64,000 nt of DNA, taken from the NCBI GenBank assembly GCA_038228945.1, contig JBBROW010000002.1, positions 24,318-88,317 on the forward strand, given 5' to 3'. The translations under genes and the position numbers were made by a program. This DNA comes from Caulobacterales bacterium. Its GTDB lineage: Bacteria; Pseudomonadota; Alphaproteobacteria; Caulobacterales; Caulobacteraceae. Below, piece after piece: positions 56,713 through 64,000 of this stretch. Position 1 is the first letter of the stretch. The number at the start of each line of letters is the position of its first letter. Below the pieces are notes generated by a model. That model searched no databases. It was not told where the DNA came from and was given only the letters and a program-made list of their open reading frames with translations.

Positions 56713-58098
56713 TCAGGCCGCCGTCCCCAATCCCATCGGCACGAACTTCTCGCGCATTGTCACCAGTTCCTCCGCCGCGGTCGGATGCACCGCGCAGGTG
56801 GAGTCCCACTGTTGCTTGGTGACGCCCAGCTTGATGGCGATGGCGGCCATCTGGATCATCTCTGGGGCGTCGGGGCCGACGATGTGGCAGCCCAGGACCT
56901 TCTGGGTGGCGGCGTCCACCACCAGCTTCATCAGCGTCCGCTCCTCGCCGCCGTAGAAGGTCACCTTCATGGGGCGGAACACCGCCTTGTAGATGTCGAT
57001 CTTGCCGAACTGGTGGCGGGCGTCGGCTTCCGAGAGGCCCACCGAGCCGATGGGCGGCTGGGAGAAGACGGCGCTGGCCACCAGGTCGTGGTCGAAGCTG
57101 GTGGGGTTGTCGCGGAACACGGTCTCGGCGAAGGCCGCGCCCTCACGGATGGCGACGGGGGTCAGGTTGATGCGGTCGGTGACGTCGCCCACGGCCCAGA
57201 TGTTGTCGACGTTGGTCTTGGAATAGTCGTCCACCACCACCGCGCCGCGATCGTTCAGGGTGACGCCGGCCGCCGCCAGGCCCAGGCCCTCGGTATAGGG
57301 TTCGCGGCCGGTGGCGAACATCACCACATCGGTCTCCTCGACGTGGCCGCTGGTCAGGTGGTTGGCGAAGCCGGTGGCTGTTTTCTCGATCTTGCGGTGC
57401 TCGGTTCCCAGGATCACCTTGATGCCGCGCTTTTCCAGCTCACCGGTCAGGTGGGTGCGCACGTCGTTGTCGAAGCCGCGCAGGATGTTGGGGCCGCGGT
57501 ACATCAGGCAGGTCTCGACGCCCAGGCCATTGAAGATGCCGGCGAATTCCACGGCGATATAGCCGCCGCCGACGATCATGATCCGCTTGGGCAATTCAGG
57601 CAGATGGAACGCTTCGTTGGAGGTGATCGCGTGCTCGATGCCCGGCAGGTCCTGCGGCACGGTGGCCCGGCCGCCGGTGGCGATCAGCACCTTGTCAGTG
57701 GTGATCGTGCGGCCGGATCTGGCCAGGCGCAAGGTGTGGGCGTCCACCAGCTCGGCGCGCTCATGCAACAGGTCGGCGCCGGCGTTCTGCAGGTTGTTGA
57801 CGTAGATCCCCGACAGGCGGGCGATCTCCCCGTCCTTGGCGTCGAGGAACTTGGCCCAGTCGAAGGTCATCTCGCAGTGCGACCAGCCAAAGCCCTCGGC
57901 GGCCTTGAAGGCCTGGGAGAACTCGCTGGCGTAGACCATGAACTTCTTGGGCACGCAGCCGCGGATGACGCAGGTGCCGCCGACGCGGTGTTCCTCGGCC
58001 ACGGCCACGCGGGCGCCGGTCATGGCCGCCAGGCGGGCCGCGCGCACGCCGCCGGAACCGGCGCCGATAACGAAGAGGTCGTAGTCGTATTGGGCCAA
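56713..58098 (-). CDS. gor: Glutathione-disulfide reductase
   Basis: 461 aa. Motifs YDYDLFVIGAGSGGVRAAR, the redox-active GGTCVIRGCVPKK, and C-terminal HPTAAEELVTM. Confidence 0.9.
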   Translation of the reverse strand: MAQYDYDLFVIGAGSGGVRAARLAAMTGARVAVAEEHRVGGTCVIRGCVPKKFMVYASEFSQAFKAAEGFGWSHCEMTFDWAKFLDAKDGEIARLSGIYVNNLQNAGADLLHERAELVDAHTLRLARSGRTITTDKVLIATGGRATVPQDLPGIEHAITSNEAFHLPELPKRIMIVGGGYIAVEFAGIFNGLGVETCLMYRGPNILRGFDNDVRTHLTGELEKRGIKVILGTEHRKIEKTATGFANHLTSGHVEETDVVMFATGREPYTEGLGLAAAGVTLNDRGAVVVDDYSKTNVDNIWAVGDVTDRINLTPVAIREGAAFAETVFRDNPTSFDHDLVASAVFSQPPIGSVGLSEADARHQFGKIDIYKAVFRPMKVTFYGGEERTLMKLVVDAATQKVLGCHIVGPDAPEMIQMAAIAIKLGVTKQQWDSTCAVHPTAAEELVTMREKFVPMGLGTAA

Positions 58099-58108
58099 GC
58101 CTGGCTCC

Positions 58109-58795
58109 TCAAAGATTGATAGTCACCACGCCCTGGTCCGTCCCCACCAGCGCCGTGCTGGCGAGGCCCAGGAACAGGCCGTGTTCGACCACACCGGTGA
58201 TGGCCTTCAGGGCGGCCCCGAGCCTTAGCGGGTCCGGGATCGCCCCGCAGGACGCGTCATAGATAAGGTTGCCGCTGTCGGTCCGCACGGGGGCGCCGTC
58301 ACGAACCCGCAGATGCGGGAATACCAGCAGGCCGTTGTCGGCCAACACCGCCTCGATCCGGGCCAGGGTGGTGGCGTGGCCAAAGGCGATCACCTCGATG
58401 GGCAGGGGGAAGACCGCGCCCAGCACCGGCACGCGCTTGGCGGCGTCGGCGATCACCACGCAGCGGCGCGAGGCCTCCCAGACCAGCTTCTCGCGCAGCA
58501 GGGCCGCCCCGGCGCCCTTGATCAGGGCCAGCTCGGGGCCGATCTCGTCGGCGCCGTCGACGGTGACGTCGATATCCTTGGCCTCGTCCAGCTCCAACAG
58601 GGGGATCTTCATCAGCCGGGCCAGGTCGGCGGTGGCCTCGCTGGTGGCGACGCCGCGGATCTCTATCCGGCGGATGGCCAGGGCGCGGACGAAGGCGGCG
58701 GCGGTGGAGCCGGTGCCCAGGCCGACGATCATCCCCGGTTCGATAAGGTCGACGGCGGCTTCTCCCGCCGCGCGTTTCTGCTCGTCCGCGCTCAT
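58109..58795 (-). CDS. rpiA: Ribose-5-phosphate isomerase A
   Basis: ORF 58109..59632 trimmed to the ATG at 58795 ([31 protein letters not shown]), which overlaps the glmU stop. Also DGADE and [10 protein letters not shown]. Confidence 0.92.
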   Translation of the reverse strand: MSADEQKRAAGEAAVDLIEPGMIVGLGTGSTAAAFVRALAIRRIEIRGVATSEATADLARLMKIPLLELDEAKDIDVTVDGADEIGPELALIKGAGAALLREKLVWEASRRCVVIADAAKRVPVLGAVFPLPIEVIAFGHATTLARIEAVLADNGLLVFPHLRVRDGAPVRTDSGNLIYDASCGAIPDPLRLGAALKAITGVVEHGLFLGLASTALVGTDQGVVTINL

Positions 58796-60138
58796 CCCTT
58801 GCCCTTTTCTCTGAGTTTCCTGGCCCGGAAGGCCGCCGCCCATCCCAGCTTCTCCGCCTGCGGCGGCCGTGCCAGCGCCAGGGCGTCGCCGGTGACGTCC
58901 CTGGTGATCACCGAGCCGGAGCCGGTGTAGGCGCCTGGCCCAATCGTCACCGGCGCCACAAGCGCGCTGTTGGAACCGATGAAGGCTCCCTCGCCCACGT
59001 GGGTGTCGTATTTGTCGAAGCCGTCGTAGTTGCAGAAGATTGTCCCGGCGCCGATGTTGGCCCCCGCCCCCACGGTGCCGTCGCCCAGGTAGCTGAGGTG
59101 ATTGGCCTTGGCGCCCTTGCCGATCTTGACCTTCTTGACCTCGACGAAGTTGCCGATGTGGGCGTCCTCGCCAATGTCGGCGCCGGGGCGCAGGCGGGCG
59201 TAGGGGCCGATCAGGGCGCCGGCGCGGACCACGGCGCCCTCCAGGTGGCTGAAGGCCCGGATCACGGCCCCGCCCTCCACCGTCACGCCAGGGGCGAAGA
59301 CCACGTTCTGTTCGATGGTGACGCCGGGCGCGACCTGGGTGTCCCAGGCGAACCAGACCGTTTCCGGCGCCGGCATGGTCACCCCCGCGACCATAGCGGC
59401 GTTGCGCCGGCGATGCTGGAAGGCGGCTTCCGCGGCGGCCAGCTCGGCCTGGGAATTGACCCCCTGGAAGTCCTCCTCCGGGGCGAAGGCGACGCGCACG
59501 GCGTGGCGGTGCTCGGTGGCCAGGCCGACAATATCGGTGAGGTAATACTCGCCCTTGGCGTTGTCGTTGCGCACCTGGGCCAGCAGCTCGAACAACAGGG
59601 CGTGGGGGGCAGCCAGGATGCCGGAGTTGCACGCCTTGATGGCCAGCTCCTCGGGGCGGGCGTCCTTGGCCTCGACGATGCGCAGCAGGGAGCCGCCGCC
59701 GCCCAGGATCAGGCGGCCGTAGGCTCCGGGCTCGGCGGCCTCGAAACCCAGCACCGCCACCTCGGCGCCGGCGGCGCGCAGGTCGAACAGGGGCGCCATG
59801 GCCTCCGCCCCCAGCATGCCGTCGGCCAGGGTGACAATGACGTCGCCGTCAAAGTCGGCCAGGGCGGCTTTGGCGGCCAGGACCGCGTGGCCGGTCCCCA
59901 GCGGCGGATCCTGCAAGGCCACCGCGCCAGGACCAAGGCGTTTCTCCACGTGGGCGCCGACGGCGGGGGCATGGGCGCCGACCACCACCACGATCTTCTC
60001 GCATCCCAGGGCCTGGGCGGCGTCTATGGCATGGTCCAGCAGGGTCCGGCCGGCGACCTTGTGCAACAGCTTGGGCGTCGGGGACTTCATCCGCTCGCCC
60101 TTGCCGGCGGCCAGGATCACAGCGGCTCTTGCGGTCAT
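58792..60138 (-). CDS. glmU: Bifunctional UDP-N-acetylglucosamine pyrophosphorylase / glucosamine-1-phosphate N-acetyltransferase
   Basis: ORF 58792..60171 trimmed to the ATG at 60138 ([19 protein letters not shown]). C-terminal hexapeptide-repeat domain. Confidence 0.93.
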   Translation of the reverse strand: MTARAAVILAAGKGERMKSPTPKLLHKVAGRTLLDHAIDAAQALGCEKIVVVVGAHAPAVGAHVEKRLGPGAVALQDPPLGTGHAVLAAKAALADFDGDVIVTLADGMLGAEAMAPLFDLRAAGAEVAVLGFEAAEPGAYGRLILGGGGSLLRIVEAKDARPEELAIKACNSGILAAPHALLFELLAQVRNDNAKGEYYLTDIVGLATEHRHAVRVAFAPEEDFQGVNSQAELAAAEAAFQHRRRNAAMVAGVTMPAPETVWFAWDTQVAPGVTIEQNVVFAPGVTVEGGAVIRAFSHLEGAVVRAGALIGPYARLRPGADIGEDAHIGNFVEVKKVKIGKGAKANHLSYLGDGTVGAGANIGAGTIFCNYDGFDKYDTHVGEGAFIGSNSALVAPVTIGPGAYTGSGSVITRDVTGDALALARPPQAEKLGWAAAFRARKLREKGKG

Positions 60139-60259
60139 GGACGGTCCTTTCCAGGCGCTTGGGCGGCGCACACTAAATCAAGGCGGCGAGTCGGTGCGCG
60201 CCTTGCCATCTTCCGGGCTTTAGCCGAAACGGCGGGGCGTTTCGACCGGAGTTGCAGCC

Positions 60260-60979
60260 TTGTCCATCGAGCCCGCCCCCCATACCGACCGTGACGGCCT
60301 TTCCATCCTCAAGGGGGCCACCATCGTCTTCGACCTGGATGGCACCCTGGTGGACTCAGCGCCGGACCTGGTGGGCACGCTGAACTTCCTGCTGGCGGAG
60401 AAGGGGGTGGCCGCCCTGCCCATGGCCGAGGCGCGCGACATGATCGGCCGCGGCGCCCGGGCGTTGATCTCGCAAGGCTATGCCGCCGCCGGCATCGCCA
60501 TCACGGACGAGCGGCTAGACGCCCTGTTCGTGGACTTCATCGCCCACTACGAGGGCCGCATCGCCGACGAGAGCACGATCTTTCCCGGCGTGCTGGAAGC
60601 CCTCGACCAACTGAGCGCCGCCGGGGCGCGGTTGGCGGTGTGCACCAACAAGCGCACGGGGCTTTCGGTGCAATTGCTGCAGGCCCTGGGCTTCGCCGAC
60701 CGGTTCGCGGCCATAGTCGGGGCGGACAGCGCGCCGGCCGCCAAGCCCGACCCCCGGCACCTGACCACGGCCATCGCGGCGGCTGGCGGGGTTGTCGGTC
60801 GGTCGGTGATGGTGGGGGATTCGATCTCCGACGCCGGTGCGGCGCGGGCGGCGGGGGTGGCGCTGGTGCTGGTGAGCTTCGGCTACACCGAGACGCCCGC
60901 CGACCAGTTGGGGGCGGATGTGCTGATCGATCACTATGACGCCCTGGTGGGGGCGTGCGTGGGCTTGTTGGGGGTTTGA
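60260..60979 (+). CDS. HAD-family hydrolase, phosphoglycolate phosphatase-like
   Basis: 239 aa, TTG start (exact start uncertain). HAD motifs FDLDGTLVDS, VCTNK and MVGDSISD. Confidence 0.8.
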   Translation: MSIEPAPHTDRDGLSILKGATIVFDLDGTLVDSAPDLVGTLNFLLAEKGVAALPMAEARDMIGRGARALISQGYAAAGIAITDERLDALFVDFIAHYEGRIADESTIFPGVLEALDQLSAAGARLAVCTNKRTGLSVQLLQALGFADRFAAIVGADSAPAAKPDPRHLTTAIAAAGGVVGRSVMVGDSISDAGAARAAGVALVLVSFGYTETPADQLGADVLIDHYDALVGACVGLLGV

Positions 60980-61048
60980 TCGCCGGCCACGCCAGCAGCC
61001 CACCCGCTCGCAGGGGTTGAGCGGGTCTTAGGGCGTTGGAGGAACGGA

Positions 61049-61711
61049 TCAGGGCGGCCTTGCCATGGCATCGCCGTCCGGCGCCTCGCTCACCCCCGGA
61101 CCATGGCCGGCGAAGGGTGAGCCTTTGGGGCGGGAGAGGATTTCCTCCTCGGCCCATGGGCGCAGCCGCCACAGGTCCAGCCGCACGGCGACCTTAAGCT
61201 CCTGGCAGAAGGCCACGGCGATCTCGCCGATGGAGCGTTCGAGGTAGACGTCCTCGTCGAAGGTTTCGAGCAGATCATCCAGGTCGGCCAGCAGGCGCTC
61301 GGTTTCCGGTCGGGGGCGTTTGTCCGCCTCGATGGCCTCCTGCACCGACAGGCCCACCAGACCGCGGCGGGCGCGGGCATGGACGAAACGGTCCTCAAAC
61401 TCCGCCTGCTCGGCATCCTCGGTCTTGCGCCGCTCGGCGTCCCCCTGGCGGGAGATGCGGTCCTTCAGGGCGAGGCATTGGCGCACGGTGCGGGCGTGGC
61501 GGTCGAAGGCGCGGCCGTGATTGACGGCGACGGCGTGCTCGTCCGGGGTGTGGGCCGTTTCCAGCACCGCCAGGGCCTTGGCCTGGAACGCCCGGGCCAG
61601 GGCCATGGCCCCGTCCGCCAGCTCTTCCAGCAGGCGCAGGTCCTGCGCCCGCCGGGTTTCGGCGGGGTCCTCTGGTTCAACGGTCTCCGGGGCTGGCGCT
61701 GATAAGAACAC
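61049..61711 (-). CDS. Acidic hypothetical protein (about 220 aa), divergent partner of the ClpX-zinc-finger gene
   Basis: This is the C-terminal part of ORF 61049..62182; the rest overlaps the opposite-strand gene. Candidate starts are GTG 61711, TTG 61747 and ATG 61606. The sequence is Glu/Asp/Arg/Ala-rich and helical-looking (…DLRLLEELADGAMALARAFQ…TVRQCLALKDRISRQGDAERRKTEDAEQAEFEDRF…LLADLDDLLETFDEDVYLERS…). I do not recognise the family. Confidence 0.5.
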   Translation of the reverse strand: MFLSAPAPETVEPEDPAETRRAQDLRLLEELADGAMALARAFQAKALAVLETAHTPDEHAVAVNHGRAFDRHARTVRQCLALKDRISRQGDAERRKTEDAEQAEFEDRFVHARARRGLVGLSVQEAIEADKRPRPETERLLADLDDLLETFDEDVYLERSIGEIAVAFCQELKVAVRLDLWRLRPWAEEEILSRPKGSPFAGHGPGVSEAPDGDAMARPP

Positions 61712-61759
61712 AAGCAGAACATCACACTGGATTCGATAGATGCTCAAGCCTGACCTAAG

Positions 61760-61819
61760 CGTCAATCCCGTGTTGACGCGACCGTCAATATCATGTTGAC
61801 TGTCAATGCTACATTGACA
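61760..61819. promoter_or_regulatory. Array of three palindromic operators, GTCAAT-N5-RTTGAC
   Basis: CGTCAATcccgtGTTGACG (61760-61778), GTCAATatcatGTTGAC (61784-61800) and TGTCAATgctacATTGACA (61801-61819). All lie in the divergent intergenic region. The last ends 12 nt before the ATG at 61832, with the SD GGAGAGG in between. Confidence 0.7.
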
Positions 61820-61831
61820 GGAGAGGCCGCA

Positions 61832-62221
61832 ATGGCGGACGAGGTTGAAAACAGGGGTTTCAAGGCGCGCTGCAGCTTCTGCCGCAAGGCCCAGGACGAG
61901 GTGGCGGTGCTGATCGCCGGCCCCGGCGTCGCGGTGTGCAATGAGTGCGTGGCTCTCTGCAATGGCGTCCTGGCGCAACAGGACCTGAACAAGACCGGCG
62001 CCCCCTTCGACGTCGCCGCCCAGTTCCGCGCCTATGACAGCGACCGGATCCTGACCCTGATCAAGAGCATCGAGGGGGTGCATCAGGACGTCTCCGCCCA
62101 GCAGGACCTGCTGGTGGATATCCTGCGCGAGCGGGACATCAGCTGGTCCCAGATCGGCGAGGCCCTGGACGTGACGCGCCAAGCGGCATGGCGCCGCTTC
62201 GCCCGGGCGCCGGCGGAGTGA
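61832..62221 (+). CDS. ClpX-type C4 zinc-finger protein with a C-terminal helix-turn-helix
   Basis: ATG at 61832 inside ORF 61793..62221; 129 aa. CSFCRKAQDEVAVLIAGPGVAVCNECVALCNGVL closely matches the ClpX N-terminal zinc-binding domain (CxxC...CxxC). The C-terminus ISWSQIGEALDVTRQAAWRRFA looks like an HTH. Confidence 0.8.
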   Translation: MADEVENRGFKARCSFCRKAQDEVAVLIAGPGVAVCNECVALCNGVLAQQDLNKTGAPFDVAAQFRAYDSDRILTLIKSIEGVHQDVSAQQDLLVDILRERDISWSQIGEALDVTRQAAWRRFARAPAE

Positions 62222-62246
62222 GATTGACGCTCTGGATGGGAGCGAA

Positions 62247-62321
62247 TGGTGGATGCGACAGGGATTGAACCTGTGACCCCCTCGGTGTGAACGAGGTGCT
62301 CTCCCGCTGAGCTACGCATCC
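62247..62321 (-). tRNA. tRNA-Val, anticodon CAC, CCA encoded
   Basis: Minus strand reads GGATGCGTAGCTCAGCGGGAGAGCACCTCGTTCACACCGAGGGGGTCACAGGTTCAATCCCTGTCGCATCCACCA. It has a 7-bp acceptor stem GGATGCG/CGCATCC, an anticodon stem CCTCG/CGAGG with loop TTCACAC, and a T-arm ACAGG-TTCAATC-CCTGT. Confidence 0.93.
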
Positions 62322-62491
62322 GGCCAATCGGGGAGCGGGGGCTATAGCGCCTTGGGCAGAGGGGGACAAGGGGTTCGCGAAGAAGGTCGGCTCACGGGTC
62401 GATTCAAGCGCGGCCGCGGTTGGGCCGCTACCCGGCCGTCATCCGAAGCGGGGTTGGGACGGTATGAGATTTGAGCGGGCAAGGATCTCCC

Positions 62492-63433
62492 TCACCGCCC
62501 CTCCGGCGCCCGCCAGTTGAGATAGGCCAGTCGCCGCGTTTCCGTGCGCCCTCGGGCCGTGGAGTCCAGGATCACGCCGCAGCACCAGGTCAGCAGGGCC
62601 GATATCATCAGGCCGGTGCAGAGGATGGCGGTGGGGATGCGGGGGACCAGGCCGGTCTGCCAGAAGGTGACGCCCAGGGGCCAGGCCAGGGCGGCGGCCA
62701 GGGCGGCCAAGGCCAGGCCGATGGCGCCGAAGAACACGCCTGGCTTTTCCTGGCGCAGCAGGTTGACCATGGTCTTCAGGATCCGCGTCCCGTCGCGGAA
62801 GGTGTGCAGCTTGCTGTCCGAACCTTCGCCGCGAGCGCCGTAGGCCGTGGAAAGCTCGCCGTACGGCAGGGCCAGGGTGACGATGTGCACCGCCATCTCG
62901 GTCTCAATCTCGAAGCCATCCGACAGGCAGGGGAAGGTCTTGACGAACCGCCGTGACATCACCCGGTAACCCGACAGGGTGTCGCCGAACCGGGCCCCGA
63001 AGAAGCGGTTGAGGAAACCGGTGATCAGGATGTTGCCCAACTCATGTCCAGCGCGGGAAGTTTCCTCGCTGAGGTTGTCCCGCAGGCCCACCACCATATC
63101 GAGACGCTCGCGGACGAGCAGTTCGACCATGGCCGGGGCGGCGGCAGCGTCATAGGTGTCGTCGCCATCGACCATGATGTAGATGTCCGCCTCCACGTCG
63201 GCGAACATGCGGCGCACCACGTGGCCCTTGCCCGGGCGGGACTCGCGGCGGACCAGGGCGCCGGCCGCGGCGGCCACGGCGCCGGTGTCGTCTGTTGAGG
63301 CGTTGTCGAAGACATACACCTGGGCGCCCGGCAGGGCGGCGCGGAAATCCTCCACAACCTTGGCGATGGCCGCCGATTCGTTGAGGCAGGGCACGACCAC
63401 CGCGACGCGGTTGCCGGCGAAACTTTCGGGCAT
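62492..63433 (-). CDS. Family 2 glycosyltransferase with C-terminal membrane helices (polyprenyl-phosphate GT-like)
   Basis: ORF 62492..63568 trimmed to the ATG at 63433 (MPESFAGNRVAVVVPCLNES). Motifs YVFDNASTDDT and MVDGDDTYD, plus two C-terminal TM segments. Confidence 0.85.
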   Translation of the reverse strand: MPESFAGNRVAVVVPCLNESAAIAKVVEDFRAALPGAQVYVFDNASTDDTGAVAAAAGALVRRESRPGKGHVVRRMFADVEADIYIMVDGDDTYDAAAAPAMVELLVRERLDMVVGLRDNLSEETSRAGHELGNILITGFLNRFFGARFGDTLSGYRVMSRRFVKTFPCLSDGFEIETEMAVHIVTLALPYGELSTAYGARGEGSDSKLHTFRDGTRILKTMVNLLRQEKPGVFFGAIGLALAALAAALAWPLGVTFWQTGLVPRIPTAILCTGLMISALLTWCCGVILDSTARGRTETRRLAYLNWRAPEGR

Positions 63434-63687
63434 TTGGCCTTGGGCGCTTTGGGAGCCATGGGACGCGGCATTGGCGAGCGTGGATTCCGCCGGTTCAACC
63501 CGCCGATGGACTGTCTCTTGCTGCACGCCGCGATCCCATGACACCGCCCGCGAACCCCGCGGATGCAACGCAGTTTAACCTAAGATTCCTTGCGCCGCGA
63601 TTGCAGCCCGGGCGGAAAACCGGCGGCCACTTTTCCTCAACCGGCTCCAGTCTTCCGGCGCCGACCACAATGCTTCACTCTAGGGCC

Positions 63688-64000
63688 ATGGACTCAGGGC
63701 CACAGAACCACTTCGAGCCGGACCCGGAGGGCGAATTTCCCTTCGATCCGGTGATCTATCTGTTCCATCTGTCGGTGGCGATCGGCCGGCTGCGCGACAC
63801 CCAGCTGGAGCGCGAGCTGCGCCCGGTCGGGGTGAACCTGGCCAAGTACCGCGCCCTGACGGTGATCCTGCGCTTCGATTCCTGCACCATGAGCGAACTG
63901 GCTGAATACAGCGCCGTGGACCGCACCACCCTGACCCGGACGATCGACCAGCTGGTGAAGGACGGCTTCGTGCGGCGGGGCGCCAAGGCCACGGATCGGC
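63688..64000 (+). CDS. MarR family transcriptional regulator; N-terminal part, runs off the right edge
   Basis: Absent from the track because it has no stop in the window. My translation from the ATG at 63688 reads MDSGPQNHFEPDPEGEFPFDPVIYLFHLSVAIGRLRDTQLERELRPVGVNLAKYRALTVILRFDSCTMSELAEYSAVDRTTLTRTIDQLVKDGFVRRGAKATDR, a typical MarR winged-helix region. Confidence 0.8.
   Translation, partial: MDSGPQNHFEPDPEGEFPFDPVIYLFHLSVAIGRLRDTQLERELRPVGVNLAKYRALTVILRFDSCTMSELAEYSAVDRTTLTRTIDQLVKDGFVRRGAKATDR

Noticed and set aside
61465-61725. ATG-initiated 86-aa ORF (MMFCLCSYQRQPRRPLNQ...) as the real gene upstream of the operator array
   Set aside because: The translation is Arg/Pro/Trp-rich off-frame noise. 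The overlapping frame of ORF 61049..62182 has ordinary, Glu/Asp/Leu/Ala-rich protein-like composition.
60980-62321. Genomic island or prophage remnant integrated at tRNA-Val
   Set aside because: There is no integrase, excisionase or mobility gene. I could not find a direct repeat of the tRNA 3' end near 60980-61060. GC content and codon usage look native. The tRNA proximity is noted, but an island call is not supported.

Overview
This is a very GC-rich, gene-dense chromosomal segment. It most likely comes from a Caulobacterales-type alphaproteobacterium: mipZ lies divergent from panC, hdaA-ppk1-ppx are adjacent, an HWE-type histidine kinase is present, and a perfect TTAA-N7-TTAA (CtrA-type) box occurs. 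I support about 60 protein genes, almost all housekeeping. They include the leucine-catabolism carboxylase cluster (mccB, hydratase, mccA); hdaA, ppk1, ppx; purM and ndk; the long conserved minus-strand run nlpD-like, pcm, surE, serS, tatCBA, scpBA, nagZ, SPOR; ilvD, ppa, redox genes, class II DAHP synthase, gor, rpiA, glmU; and one tRNA-Val(CAC). I saw no rRNA, CRISPR array, transposase or integrase. The long ORFs antisense to these genes are GC-rich frame artefacts. Three genes look damaged. rnd carries an in-frame TAA. A SAM-methyltransferase carries an in-frame TGA at an expected Trp position. A MocR/aminotransferase gene survives only as a frameshifted 3' stub. The best candidate for something undescribed is a compact divergent two-gene module between gph and tRNA-Val. 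It pairs an acidic 220-aa unknown with a 129-aa protein that fuses a ClpX-type C4 zinc finger to a C-terminal HTH. Three tandem GTCAAT-N5-RTTGAC palindromes separate the two genes. Other items worth a second look are a nested inverted-repeat element in the ndk/ABC-F intergenic region, a CtrA box upstream of the NlpD-like lipoprotein gene, an NTE-like cNMP-binding patatin phospholipase, and an unrecognised 298-aa protein next to a methyltransferase with a regulatory domain. Protein identities come from my own reading of motifs and memory of families. No database search was run.
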